The translations under genes were made by a program, and so were the position numbers. DNA of 64,000 nt from a virus (lineage: Duplodnaviria > Caudoviricetes): positions 128,001 through 192,000 of the IMG/VR virus record IMGVR_UViG_3300023170_004399. One strand, 5' to 3'. The notes beneath the pieces are model-generated. The model searched no databases. It was not told the DNA's origin and saw only the letters and a list, made by a program, of their open reading frames with translations. Shown piece after piece: positions 28,862 through 38,469 of this stretch (position 1 is the stretch's first letter; each line of letters begins with the position of its first letter).

Positions 28862-31800
28862 ATGGCAGAAAATACATTTAAAAGCCCCGGGTTTTTTGAT
28901 AGAGAAATTGAACTTACAGCACAAGTTGAATCTCCGTCAGTAACTCCAGCTGGTATTATTGGTACTAGTAAAAAAGGGCCCGCGTTTGTTCCCGTAACAA
29001 TAGGAAGCAAAGAACAATTTGATAATATTTTTGGAACAAATGATGTTGAAAGATTCGGACCCTATGCAGTTGAGAAATTTTTAGAAAACAAAGCTGGCGT
29101 GACTTTCTTAAGAGTGTTAGGTGCTGGTGCAAATACTTCCACGACGGATATCGCTAACACAGAAGAGAAAGGTATAGTAAAAAATGCTGGTTTTAGAATA
29201 GACAATGGTGATGCTGATGCAACAGCGAATGGACAAAGATTGGGTGTTGTACAGTTTTTAACTGCTAGACATACTGTCAGTGCAAACAGTGATGTAGGCT
29301 TCCCATGTTTTACTGATAATAATAGTTTCCCAAACTTAAGAGAAGCTAGCGCAGCTGATGATACAGTTAATTTGGTAAGAGCAGTACTTTTTACCACAAC
29401 TGGATCAGTTTTCTTTGTACAAGATCATAACGCTTCTACGCCGGCTGATAGTGATAGTGTTTCAGCAGACATTGCAACTACAAATACAAATACGAAAAAA
29501 TTTAGATTGCTACTATATTCTGAGAAGGGTTCAGATTTTGCAACAACAGACGGTGTTGAAGGCTTTAAAGTTTTTAACGTAAGTTTAGATCCAGACGACA
29601 AAGATTATATTGGTAAAGTGTTAAATACGGACCCAACAAAATTCGATCGAGAACAACATCTGCTATATTTAGATTATGCTGTTGAAGACGAGTTAGCTTC
29701 TGTAGTTGGAGGTGCCAACGCAGTAGCTATTTTATCTGGTTCAAATTCTGATTCAACTGTTGCTAATGTTACAGACAAGTCTTACCGATCTCTTTATGGT
29801 CGCTATGATACAAGATATACAACGCCAAAGACTACTAAGTTTATATCACAACCGTTTGGAAAGACAGAATATAACTTGTTTCATTTCGAAACACTGTCAG
29901 ATGGTGCAATGCAACAAGATCAAATAAAAGTTTCTATTAGCAATATTAAAGCTTCCGTAGAAGACAATTACAAGTATGGTACCTTTAATGTACAAGTAAG
30001 AAGATTAAAGGATACAGACCCTAAACCAGAAATATTAGAAGAATTTATTAATTGTTCCTTAGACCCTACAAACGAAAGATTTGTTGGTCGACTTATTGGT
30101 GATAGAAAAGTAAAATTTAATTTTGACGCTGATTTAGATGAAGAAAAGAGATTAGTCGTATCTGGACGATACCCTAATGTCTCAAGTCATATTAGAATTG
30201 TTATTGACGATGCTGTATATAAAAAAGACGTGCCTGAAACAGCTTTACCTTTCGGTTTTAAGGGAATACCAGTTTTAAAAACTAACCCAATGTTAATTGA
30301 TGACAGCAGTGCTGTTTTTACTGATAATCAAAGATTAGCTGGTAAAGGAATTAGTAACAGTATTACTGGTTCTATAGTGCCACCTTTGCCATTACGATTT
30401 AAAGTTACTCGCGGCAGTGTTTCTACCTCTCCTTCTTTTGTAGGTCACCCTGGTTCAAAAGAAAAAACAAGAGAACAATTCTACTGGGGCGTTAAAACAG
30501 ACAGAATAGTAGATTCTGCTCGAGTTGCAGATGGTGTTTTAAATTCAAATGTTTCATCTCAATATAATAAAGTTATTGATGCTTACTCAAAATTTCAAGG
30601 GATAAGCAAGTTAGACACGCTGGTCACTGGATCATCTGCAGATACATTCAATAATAATAAATTTACTTTAGGTCGAGTTGCATTGGTGCAAACACTAAGT
30701 GCTAATGGCTCATTACCATCATTTACAGCTTCAATACCTACACATATGAAAGACGCAGCTTATATTAGAAATGGTGTTATAGATCAGAAAACTTATCAAA
30801 TCGCTGATCCAATCGACACAAGTTTAAACAGAGTTACCTTTGCTACTATTCTAAATAGTTCTGCTACAACATTTAATAAGTTTTCTGGCTTTGCTAAGTT
30901 TACTAACATATTCCATGGTGGGTTTGATGGTGCAAATATTCTAAATAAAGATTTGTATTACATGAATGATAAAGCTAGTTCTCAAGTTGGATATGCTGGT
31001 GATACTATTACTGGTGGATTAGGTTTCTACGGTTCAGCAGATCAAACTGGCTCAGAAGTTGCACTTGGTACTGGTAAAAATAATAGCATAGTGGCTTCTT
31101 ATAGAACAGCTATTGATATTATGACAGATCCTATGGCTTCTAACATCAATATATTAGCTATTCCTGGTATTCGTGATTCTTATATAACAGATTATGCTGT
31201 AGAAAAGAATAAAGATTACTCTATGGGACTTTATGTCATGGATATTCCAACATTCGATGAAGATGGCAACAGATTGTTTGATGACAGTACTGCTAAACCA
31301 GATGTTGATAAAACAGTTGATGACTTAGCTGCTAGAACATTAGATGACAATGCAGCAGCTGCATACTTCCCAGATGTTCAGATGGAAGACATTCAAAATA
31401 ATAACAGAAGAGTTAATGTACCTGCTTCAGTAGCGGCATTAGGTGCTTTGGCATTTAACGATGCTGTAAGTTATCCATGGTATGCACCTGCAGGTTTTAA
31501 TAGAGGCGCTTTAGGTTTCGTAACAAATACTAAAACAAAATTAAGCGTTGCTGACAGAGATTCTTTATACGAAAATAGAATTAACCCGATTGCAAATTTT
31601 CCTGATGGCAGCTTTGTAATATTTGGTCAAAAAACTTTGCAAAAAGCACAAAGTGCTTTGGACAGAGTTAACGTAAGAAGATTACTATTAGAAGTTAAGA
31701 GACAGGTTTCAGCTGTTGCAAATAGATTTGTTTTTGAACAAAATGATAGTGCAACTCGAGAAAGATTTGTTTCACAAGTATCTCCTTTGCTTGCAGTTGT

Positions 31801-31975
31801 ACAGGCTCAGGCGGGTGTAGAAGAATTTAGAGTAATATGTGATAATTCAAACAATAGTGCTAATGATGTTGATGAAAACAGATTAAATGGTACCATTGTG
31901 GTTGTACCTACTAGAGCAATTGAATTTATTGCAATTGATTTTATTATTACTAACTCGGGTGTTAGCTTTGAATAA
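28862..31975 (+). CDS. gp18: Tail sheath protein, copy 1 (gp18-like)
   Basis: SPGFFDREI, GTSKKGPAFVP, WYAPAGFNRG, INPIA, FGQKTL, DRVNVRRL, FVFEQND; start at 28862 after AAAGGAG. Confidence 0.93.
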   Translation: MAENTFKSPGFFDREIELTAQVESPSVTPAGIIGTSKKGPAFVPVTIGSKEQFDNIFGTNDVERFGPYAVEKFLENKAGVTFLRVLGAGANTSTTDIANTEEKGIVKNAGFRIDNGDADATANGQRLGVVQFLTARHTVSANSDVGFPCFTDNNSFPNLREASAADDTVNLVRAVLFTTTGSVFFVQDHNASTPADSDSVSADIATTNTNTKKFRLLLYSEKGSDFATTDGVEGFKVFNVSLDPDDKDYIGKVLNTDPTKFDREQHLLYLDYAVEDELASVVGGANAVAILSGSNSDSTVANVTDKSYRSLYGRYDTRYTTPKTTKFISQPFGKTEYNLFHFETLSDGAMQQDQIKVSISNIKASVEDNYKYGTFNVQVRRLKDTDPKPEILEEFINCSLDPTNERFVGRLIGDRKVKFNFDADLDEEKRLVVSGRYPNVSSHIRIVIDDAVYKKDVPETALPFGFKGIPVLKTNPMLIDDSSAVFTDNQRLAGKGISNSITGSIVPPLPLRFKVTRGSVSTSPSFVGHPGSKEKTREQFYWGVKTDRIVDSARVADGVLNSNVSSQYNKVIDAYSKFQGISKLDTLVTGSSADTFNNNKFTLGRVALVQTLSANGSLPSFTASIPTHMKDAAYIRNGVIDQKTYQIADPIDTSLNRVTFATILNSSATTFNKFSGFAKFTNIFHGGFDGANILNKDLYYMNDKASSQVGYAGDTITGGLGFYGSADQTGSEVALGTGKNNSIVASYRTAIDIMTDPMASNINILAIPGIRDSYITDYAVEKNKDYSMGLYVMDIPTFDEDGNRLFDDSTAKPDVDKTVDDLAARTLDDNAAAAYFPDVQMEDIQNNNRRVNVPASVAALGALAFNDAVSYPWYAPAGFNRGALGFVTNTKTKLSVADRDSLYENRINPIANFPDGSFVIFGQKTLQKAQSALDRVNVRRLLLEVKRQVSAVANRFVFEQNDSATRERFVSQVSPLLAVVQAQAGVEEFRVICDNSNNSANDVDENRLNGTIVVVPTRAIEFIAIDFIITNSGVSFE

Positions 31976-32014
31976 TATATATAGAATAGAAGATAAAATA
32001 AAAGGAGCACATTA

Positions 32015-35005
32015 ATGGCAGAAAGAGTATTAAAAAGCCCAGGTGTAACAACTAGGGAAATAGATTTATCGCAACCAACACTAACAGGACCTTCCGGGGT
32101 ACCTGCTGCTATTGTTGGCACGGCGGATAAAGGACCTGCTTTTGTACCAATAACATTTGCATCTTATGCTGATTTTGCAGAAATATTTGGTGCTACTGAT
32201 GGGGAAAAATTTGGACCATTAGCCGTGTCAGAATGGATGCGTAATGCTACAGCTGGTACATATGTTCGTGTTTTAGGTGCTGGTGATTGTAAAAAAAGAA
32301 ATACATCAACAAACTCAGTTACTAACGCTGGTTTTGTAGTTGGTCAAAAGAATATACAGTCAAACGGTAACTATGGAAATAACACTTATGCTGGTGACAC
32401 CACTTTAGGTCGTACATATTTCTTAGGTGCTTGGATGAGTGAATCAAATGGCTCATCTTATTTTACTGACGCTGGAATTACTAATGCAGCAACTGCTTCA
32501 ATATTAAGAGCGGTTTTGATGGCTCCTCAAGGTATTATACCTGCACTTTCCGGATGGGATGGTGGTGAATTAGAAACTGTTCCAACTACCGCAGCTGGTG
32601 TTTTTGGTGCTTCACAGGATGCTGGTTGGAATGTTGGTGCTATCAATATGAATTCTGATGGTGATCAAAACTTTGTACTATTTTTAAATGGTTTTGACAA
32701 TAGAGATTTATATCCACATATTATCACAGCTTCAATGAACCCATTAAGTAAAAATTACTTTGCAAACGTTTTAAATACTGATCCACAAAAAATCGAAGAT
32801 GCTGGACATTATTTGTATGCACATTATGATGTAGACCCTGCTTTAGCTACAATAAATCCTGGGTACCATTCATCAAATTACGAACATCGTTTGTTTATGG
32901 TTACTGGTTCTGCTGGCAGAAATAGCAGAGGGTCAGGTTCAGATTATGAACCAAACTTTGAAGGATTTGAAGACAGATATTCAGCTGCTTTTTCACCATT
33001 TGTTATTTCACAAACGTTAGGTGATGGACCTAAAAATCTTTTTAAAATACATGCATTAGATGACGGTACAGCTGGTAATAGAAATTTCAAGATCTCTATT
33101 GCTAATATTGCTAACTCTCGTGAAGAAGCATACAAGTACGGTTCTTTTGATTTGTTAGTCAGAAGGTATGACGATGATGATGTAAACCCCATTGTTTTAG
33201 AAAAATATGTTGGATTATCACTTGATCCAAATTCAGATCGATACATAGCTAGAATTATTGGTGATCAACACTTGTATTTTGATTTTGATAAAAATGAAGG
33301 AAATCAAAAAATAGTACTTGATGGCTCATATCCAAATAGATCAAACTACATTAGAGTTGAAATGGCTACTGATGTTGCAGACGGAACAATAGCAGACACA
33401 GCATTGCCGATGGGTTATCGTGGTATACATCATTTAGTAACTTCAGGTTCTGCATTAATATCTGCTCCTTCTAGTAACTTGGGTGATTATGAAAGTTTAC
33501 AATCAGCAATGGTTCAACCACCAATTCCTTACAGACAATCAGTTGCTGTTGGTGTTGGTAATCAAAAAAGAGTTGATAATCGCTTGTATTGGGGTATGCA
33601 ACAAGAAAAAGTTACTCTTATAACAGATCCAAATAATCAAAAAGAAAAGTCAAAGTTGATTGATAATTTAACGTTGTACACACCTAGATATGAAGGCACA
33701 TATCCTGCTACAGTTGGTGCAAACGAAGGCGTAGCGAATGGTAATGCTGGTGAAGTATTAGATGCAGATTTGTTTAACAACAACATCTTTTCTTTAGAAA
33801 GAGTACAGATAAAAGTAAAAGGTACAGTTGATGGTAGTAACGATGTTGTAGATCCTAGTGAGTGGGCAAATGCAATATATAGACGACAAGGCACTGTAGC
33901 TAGTGGATATAGTTCTAGTGCATATAGATTGCTTGATGTCTCTAAAGATTTTGGGCAACAGGCTTCTAAAAGATATATGAAATTTACATTGCCAGTTGGT
34001 GGTGCTTTTGACGGATTGAATATATTTGATAAAGAAAAAACTAACATGTCTGATATTGCGGCTTCTCGTGAAGTTAACTTTGCGACAGATCAGGGTGGAA
34101 CAAATGGCCCTACAGTATCAGCTTACATAAAAGCTGTTGATATATTAGCAGAAAAGTCTGATGTTGATATCCAGTTGTTAGCTATCCCAGGTATGCGTGA
34201 GCAAGCTATTACAGATAACGCTATAACTCAAACAGAAGAAAGATTTGATGCGCTCTATATTATGGATATGGAAGTTTGTGATATGGTAGGTACTAGTTTT
34301 TCTAACTTGGTAACGGGTTCTTTGCAAGAAGTATCAGTAACTAATACAATTAGTCGTTTCCAAAACAGAAATCTAGATACTAGTTTTGCAGCAACTTACT
34401 TCCCAGACATTTTTGTTAATGATCCAACAACTAATACTTTGGTACAAGCTCCACCTTCTGTTGGTGTATTAGGTGCGCTTTCTTTTAATGATGCTGTTGC
34501 TCATCCTTGGTTTGCTCCAGCTGGTTTTTCACGTGGTGCATTGCCAACTACAGCAGAAGCACAAGTAAAGTTAAACAGAGACAATATGGACGCTCTTTAT
34601 GATGCTGACATTAATCCTTTAACAAGCTTTGCAGGAAATAGTGGCGTTGTTGTCTTTGGCCAGAAAACATTGCTTCAAGCGCAGAGTGCATTAGACAGAG
34701 TTAACGTAAGAAGATTGTTGATTGATATAAGAAGAAAAGTTAGAAATGTTGCTAACACTATTCTTTTCGAACCAAATAGAGAAACAACATTGCAAAGATT
34801 TAGTACAGCTGTTGAACCTATATTGGCACGTGTTAAACAACAACAAGGTGTAACAAGATATAAAGTTGTAATTGATACAACAACGACTACTCAACAAGAT
34901 GTGGAAAATAACACTATTCGTGGAAAAATCTTTTTGCAACCAACTAAATCTATCGAATTTATATCATTAGACTTTGTTGTTACAAATAGTGGCGCAGAAA
35001 TTTAA
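32015..35005 (+). CDS. gp18: Tail sheath protein, copy 2 (gp18-like)
   Basis: SPGVTTREID, GTADKGPAFVP, WFAPAGFSRG, INPL, FGQKTL, DRVNVRRL, ILFEPN. Confidence 0.93.
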   Translation: MAERVLKSPGVTTREIDLSQPTLTGPSGVPAAIVGTADKGPAFVPITFASYADFAEIFGATDGEKFGPLAVSEWMRNATAGTYVRVLGAGDCKKRNTSTNSVTNAGFVVGQKNIQSNGNYGNNTYAGDTTLGRTYFLGAWMSESNGSSYFTDAGITNAATASILRAVLMAPQGIIPALSGWDGGELETVPTTAAGVFGASQDAGWNVGAINMNSDGDQNFVLFLNGFDNRDLYPHIITASMNPLSKNYFANVLNTDPQKIEDAGHYLYAHYDVDPALATINPGYHSSNYEHRLFMVTGSAGRNSRGSGSDYEPNFEGFEDRYSAAFSPFVISQTLGDGPKNLFKIHALDDGTAGNRNFKISIANIANSREEAYKYGSFDLLVRRYDDDDVNPIVLEKYVGLSLDPNSDRYIARIIGDQHLYFDFDKNEGNQKIVLDGSYPNRSNYIRVEMATDVADGTIADTALPMGYRGIHHLVTSGSALISAPSSNLGDYESLQSAMVQPPIPYRQSVAVGVGNQKRVDNRLYWGMQQEKVTLITDPNNQKEKSKLIDNLTLYTPRYEGTYPATVGANEGVANGNAGEVLDADLFNNNIFSLERVQIKVKGTVDGSNDVVDPSEWANAIYRRQGTVASGYSSSAYRLLDVSKDFGQQASKRYMKFTLPVGGAFDGLNIFDKEKTNMSDIAASREVNFATDQGGTNGPTVSAYIKAVDILAEKSDVDIQLLAIPGMREQAITDNAITQTEERFDALYIMDMEVCDMVGTSFSNLVTGSLQEVSVTNTISRFQNRNLDTSFAATYFPDIFVNDPTTNTLVQAPPSVGVLGALSFNDAVAHPWFAPAGFSRGALPTTAEAQVKLNRDNMDALYDADINPLTSFAGNSGVVVFGQKTLLQAQSALDRVNVRRLLIDIRRKVRNVANTILFEPNRETTLQRFSTAVEPILARVKQQQGVTRYKVVIDTTTTTQQDVENNTIRGKIFLQPTKSIEFISLDFVVTNSGAEI

Positions 35006-35051
35006 AATACATAATATTTATTAATATACAAAAATTATTGGAGAAAAATAA

Positions 35052-35543
35052 ATGGCTACAGATACATTATCCGTTACAGATATGCTACCGAACAAGTTTG
35101 AAGTAAAACTAAAAAACCGGTGGATATTTTCGCTAGAAGGAATTGACTCATTTTTGATTAAAACAGTCAATAGACCTACTATTTCTATTGAAGAACAGAC
35201 TATATCTTTTATGAACAGCAAAAGATATGTTGCTGGACTTGCTACATTCGACGCCTTAAATCTTACATTGCATGATCCTATTTCGCCATCAGGTGCTCAG
35301 CAAGTAATGGAATGGGTACGTACACACTTTGAATCAGTGTCTGGTCGTGCAGGTTATGCAGACTTTTATAAGCGTGATGCGCAACTTAAATTAGTTGATC
35401 CTGTTGGGACAGTTATAGAATTATGGGACATTAAAGGGATATTTATTACAAGTGCTGGATTTGGTGATCTTAGTTATGAAGATGGAACTCCTTCAGAAAT
35501 TAGTTTAACATGTAGATATGATAATTGTGTATTACAATTCTAG
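35052..35543 (+). CDS. gp19: Tail tube protein (gp19-like)
   Basis: 163 aa after the sheaths; NRWIF, LKLVDPVGTVIELWDIKG, FGDLSYE, ISLTCRYD. Confidence 0.9.
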   Translation: MATDTLSVTDMLPNKFEVKLKNRWIFSLEGIDSFLIKTVNRPTISIEEQTISFMNSKRYVAGLATFDALNLTLHDPISPSGAQQVMEWVRTHFESVSGRAGYADFYKRDAQLKLVDPVGTVIELWDIKGIFITSAGFGDLSYEDGTPSEISLTCRYDNCVLQF

Positions 35544-35598
35544 TAATTAATTTATATAATAGAATAATTTTTGTATAAATAATTCTTAAAATAAAATT

Positions 35599-35621
35599 GG
35601 CGCATTTATGCGCCTTTTTTT
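35599..35621 (+). terminator. Intrinsic terminator after the tube gene
   Basis: ggcgca-ttta-tgcgcc followed by T7. Confidence 0.88.
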
Positions 35622-35686
35622 ATATACAAATTATATTGTATTGATATTATAAGATATGCAAATATATTTTATTCGGAGATACATGT

Positions 35687-36559
35687 ATGAGTAAGAGAAA
35701 AAATAATAAGGTTTTTGCTGGTGATGGACAAGGTTCACCAACAGAACAATGGCAAGGACAAAGATCTGATATTATGGCAGAATTTGGCTTAGATATTGCA
35801 CATGAATTAGTGCCTTTGCCATCACAGGGTCGGCCATATCCAAGTGATCACCCATTACATATGAAAGAAGTAGTAGAAATTAGACCAATGACTGCACGTG
35901 AAGAAGATATCTTGACTAGTAGAGCATTAATTAAAAAAGGTGTTGTATTAACTGAGTTATTAAAAAGTTGTTTGGTTGATAAAAGAATTAATCCTGACAG
36001 TCTTTTAATTGGTGATAGAAATGCTATTATGACTAGTTTAAGAATTACAGGATATGGAAGTGATTACAAAGTAGAAGTAACATGTCCAAGTTGTAGTGCT
36101 AAATCAAAACAAACCTTTGATTTAACTCAGCTGCCTTTGAAAAGATTGGAAAATGATCCAGTTGCTGAAGGTGCTAATGTGTTTGAAACTACTTTGCCAA
36201 AAAGAAAAGAAACTGATCCTGAATTAGTTGTAAGATATAAGTATCTGACTGGGAAAGATGAAACTGACATTAATATATTGCAAGAGAGAAAGAAAAAACA
36301 AGGTTTCTCTGCAGATAATTTAATTACAACTAGATACAAATATCAGGTTGTTAGCATTAATGGCGTGTCAGATAGGTCAAAGTTAAGTATGTTTATTGAT
36401 AGAATGCCGGCTTTTCAGTCTAGACATTTGAGAAAGGCTATTGATGCTAATGAACCAGGTGTTGAAATGAAAAGTCATATGAATTGCCCAAGTTGTTTTG
36501 AAGAGTCGGAGGTTAGCTTGCCCTTAGGGGCATCGTTTTTTTGGCCTGACGCCGAATGA
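35687..36559 (+). CDS. Tail assembly chaperone/baseplate hub assembly protein (gp26/gp51-like)
   Basis: LPSQGRPYP, IRPMTAREEDIL, LLIGDRNAI...LRITGYG, two CPSC motifs; between tube and tape measure. Confidence 0.75.
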   Translation: MSKRKNNKVFAGDGQGSPTEQWQGQRSDIMAEFGLDIAHELVPLPSQGRPYPSDHPLHMKEVVEIRPMTAREEDILTSRALIKKGVVLTELLKSCLVDKRINPDSLLIGDRNAIMTSLRITGYGSDYKVEVTCPSCSAKSKQTFDLTQLPLKRLENDPVAEGANVFETTLPKRKETDPELVVRYKYLTGKDETDINILQERKKKQGFSADNLITTRYKYQVVSINGVSDRSKLSMFIDRMPAFQSRHLRKAIDANEPGVEMKSHMNCPSCFEESEVSLPLGASFFWPDAE

Positions 36560-36806
36560 TAAGCAAATATATCTAGAGTATATTTTTAATTTAATGTACT
36601 ATATGGGATTTACTTATAAAGAAGCGTATAACATACCATTGTGGCAAAGACAGTGGTTTATGAATAGACTAAATGAAGAGATAAAAAAATCTAATGAACA
36701 ACAAAGTTCCGCAAGTAGAGCAGCGCATGCAAACTCACCTGAAATGAGACAAATGCAAGGTAATCATAGATCTATGGTTCCAGCAAAACTTCGAAGATTT
36801 ACATAA
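36543..36806 (+). CDS. Candidate frameshift extension of the tail chaperone (ORF track start 36594 has no SD)
   Basis: This frame is open from 36528 across the T7 run and reads FFGLTPNDKQIYLEYIFNLMYYMGFTYKEAYNIPLWQRQWF... Confidence 0.65.
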   Translation, partial: GLTPNDKQIYLEYIFNLMYYMGFTYKEAYNIPLWQRQWFMNRLNEEIKKSNEQQSSASRAAHANSPEMRQMQGNHRSMVPAKLRRFT

Positions 36807-36821
36807 TCTGTTATACAAAAT

Positions 36822-36889
36822 AAAATGCCCTCTATAATTAAGTAGAGGGTTTTTTAAAATGCCCTCTATAATTAAGTAGAGGGTTTTTT
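36822..36889 (+). repeat. Exact 2 x 34-bp tandem repeat; each unit is a hairpin plus T6
   Basis: aaaatgccctctataattaagtagagggtttttt at 36822-36855 and 36856-36889. Confidence 0.95.
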
Positions 36890-38092
36890 ATGAGAGATAT
36901 AGCAAAAGCAGATATAGTATATGAAGAATTGAATAGAGTTGAAGAGTTTATTGAATCTTTAACAGAGAACAAGTATTATGAGAAAACATATAAAAGAGAA
37001 ATAAGTTTTTTACACAATTATAGATTTGCTCTAACACAAGGACAAGATTATTATGATGAGCTAAATTTTAAACTTGATATGTTAGCTATTAACGCAGAAG
37101 AAATGGAAAATATTAGACAAACAGTTAATCAGAAAAAACCTGTACCCAAAAATAGTATTGCTGATGAAATTGAAGACTATGCTTCTATAGCTGCTTTTTT
37201 AGGCCATACTAAATTAACTCATTTTTTAGAAGAATCAGCTTATCACACCAGGTCAGGAAAATGGAAAACACTTTTACGTGAAGAACAAGAAGTGTTAGAT
37301 GACTTTAAAACGTTTTTATCAAATTGCAAACAATACAATCAGATTGAATTTACAAAAGAAATTATAGAAGAAATAAAGTATTTATGCGCAGCTCATTACT
37401 TAAAATCTAAAATTAATAAGTCTTACCTAGGAAATGACATACGGCAAAAATACGAATCACTTTATACTTTTATTGATGGTTTAGAAAAACATTTAGATTG
37501 CAAACGTGAAAAATGTTATTTAGGAAAAAAGTGTAATCTATTGAATAGCTATGATGATATAGTAAATTATTTAAATAAAGATTTTAACATATGTAAAGTA
37601 GAACAAAATATCGTCAGAGTTTTAGATTTATTAGATGATTTTGATATTTCACCACCAAAAAATACCGACCGTAATTTAGCTAAATTAATTAAAGGGATTA
37701 AAGGTGCAAACAACAAATTAAATAAATCTGAAGACATGTATTACGTTGCGGAAATAAATTATTTAAAAAATGAGGTTAAGGAAATAACCAGCATTGTCGA
37801 CAAATATAAAAAAATGGATTATTTGCAAATTGGTGAAATAGTAGTCATGACTAAAGACTTTGAAATGAGTAATGGAGTTTTAGAAAATCTAGGTATGAAA
37901 GACAAAACTGTAACTGGTATCATAACTGGTGAAGTGACTATAAATTTTGGTTGCAACAATTATATTAGATTAATGAATAGAACAAAAAATGTCATGGATT
38001 ACTCGAGTAGATTTATTGGAGTTAGTGTTTTAATAAATGATGATGAATATTTTATGCCTGTTAAATATATTTCAGGAGGTATTGATGACTAG
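36890..38092 (+). CDS. Hypothetical protein (400 aa)
   Basis: AGAGGG SD 6 nt before the ATG; helical N-terminal part; possible SH3-like C-terminus. Confidence 0.7.
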   Translation: MRDIAKADIVYEELNRVEEFIESLTENKYYEKTYKREISFLHNYRFALTQGQDYYDELNFKLDMLAINAEEMENIRQTVNQKKPVPKNSIADEIEDYASIAAFLGHTKLTHFLEESAYHTRSGKWKTLLREEQEVLDDFKTFLSNCKQYNQIEFTKEIIEEIKYLCAAHYLKSKINKSYLGNDIRQKYESLYTFIDGLEKHLDCKREKCYLGKKCNLLNSYDDIVNYLNKDFNICKVEQNIVRVLDLLDDFDISPPKNTDRNLAKLIKGIKGANNKLNKSEDMYYVAEINYLKNEVKEITSIVDKYKKMDYLQIGEIVVMTKDFEMSNGVLENLGMKDKTVTGIITGEVTINFGCNNYIRLMNRTKNVMDYSSRFIGVSVLINDDEYFMPVKYISGGIDD

Positions 38093-38396
38093 AAAAAAGT
38101 ACGTTAGTGAAGGTACAAAGAAAAAAGAAGAATTAAGAAAGATTATTGATGAAATTAAGTTTGAAGCTGATTTAGCAAGTATGAAAAATAGTTTTTTGCA
38201 AAAAAATGGCAAAACAAATGATAAGCAATACTTGTTAAACTGCATTCTTATGCGCAAAAACATATATGATTTACTAGAAAGATTAAATGGCGTAATAGGT
38301 ATGGGCGGATTAAAAGTAACTGTTACAGAGATAACACAGGAGCTTACGCCTGAAGAGCAACGATATTATTTAGAAGAAGATAAAAAAAATAATTAA
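38085..38396 (+). CDS. Hypothetical protein
   Basis: CAGGAGG before ATG 38085 (start moved from 38037); EELRKIIDE motif. Confidence 0.7.
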   Translation: MTRKKYVSEGTKKKEELRKIIDEIKFEADLASMKNSFLQKNGKTNDKQYLLNCILMRKNIYDLLERLNGVIGMGGLKVTVTEITQELTPEEQRYYLEEDKKNN

Positions 38397-38413
38397 ATTA
38401 TTTTCTGTGTTTT

Positions 38414-38442
38414 TTGCAAATATTCTTTAAGCTTGTTATATT
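38414..38442 (+). promoter_or_regulatory. Sigma70-type (probable early) promoter TTGCAA-N17-TATATT with extended TG
   Basis: -35 at 38414-38419, TG at 38434-38435, -10 at 38437-38442; A/T tract upstream. Confidence 0.7.
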
Positions 38443-38469
38443 ATATATGTAACTAACAAAGGAGCTTAC

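Noticed and set aside
31661-34716. Exact 23-nt match gacagagttaacgtaagaagatt between the sheath genes (31661 and 34694)
   Set aside because: It encodes the conserved DRVNVRRL peptide; protein constraint plus codon bias is enough without invoking gene conversion.
35574-35581. Perfect T4 late promoter TATAAATA
   Set aside because: The only intergenic instance I noticed, and it lies just before a terminator; likely chance in AT-rich DNA.
36822-36889. Possible CRISPR mini-array (34-bp palindromic repeat)
   Set aside because: The two copies are directly adjacent with no spacer, and no cas genes are present.
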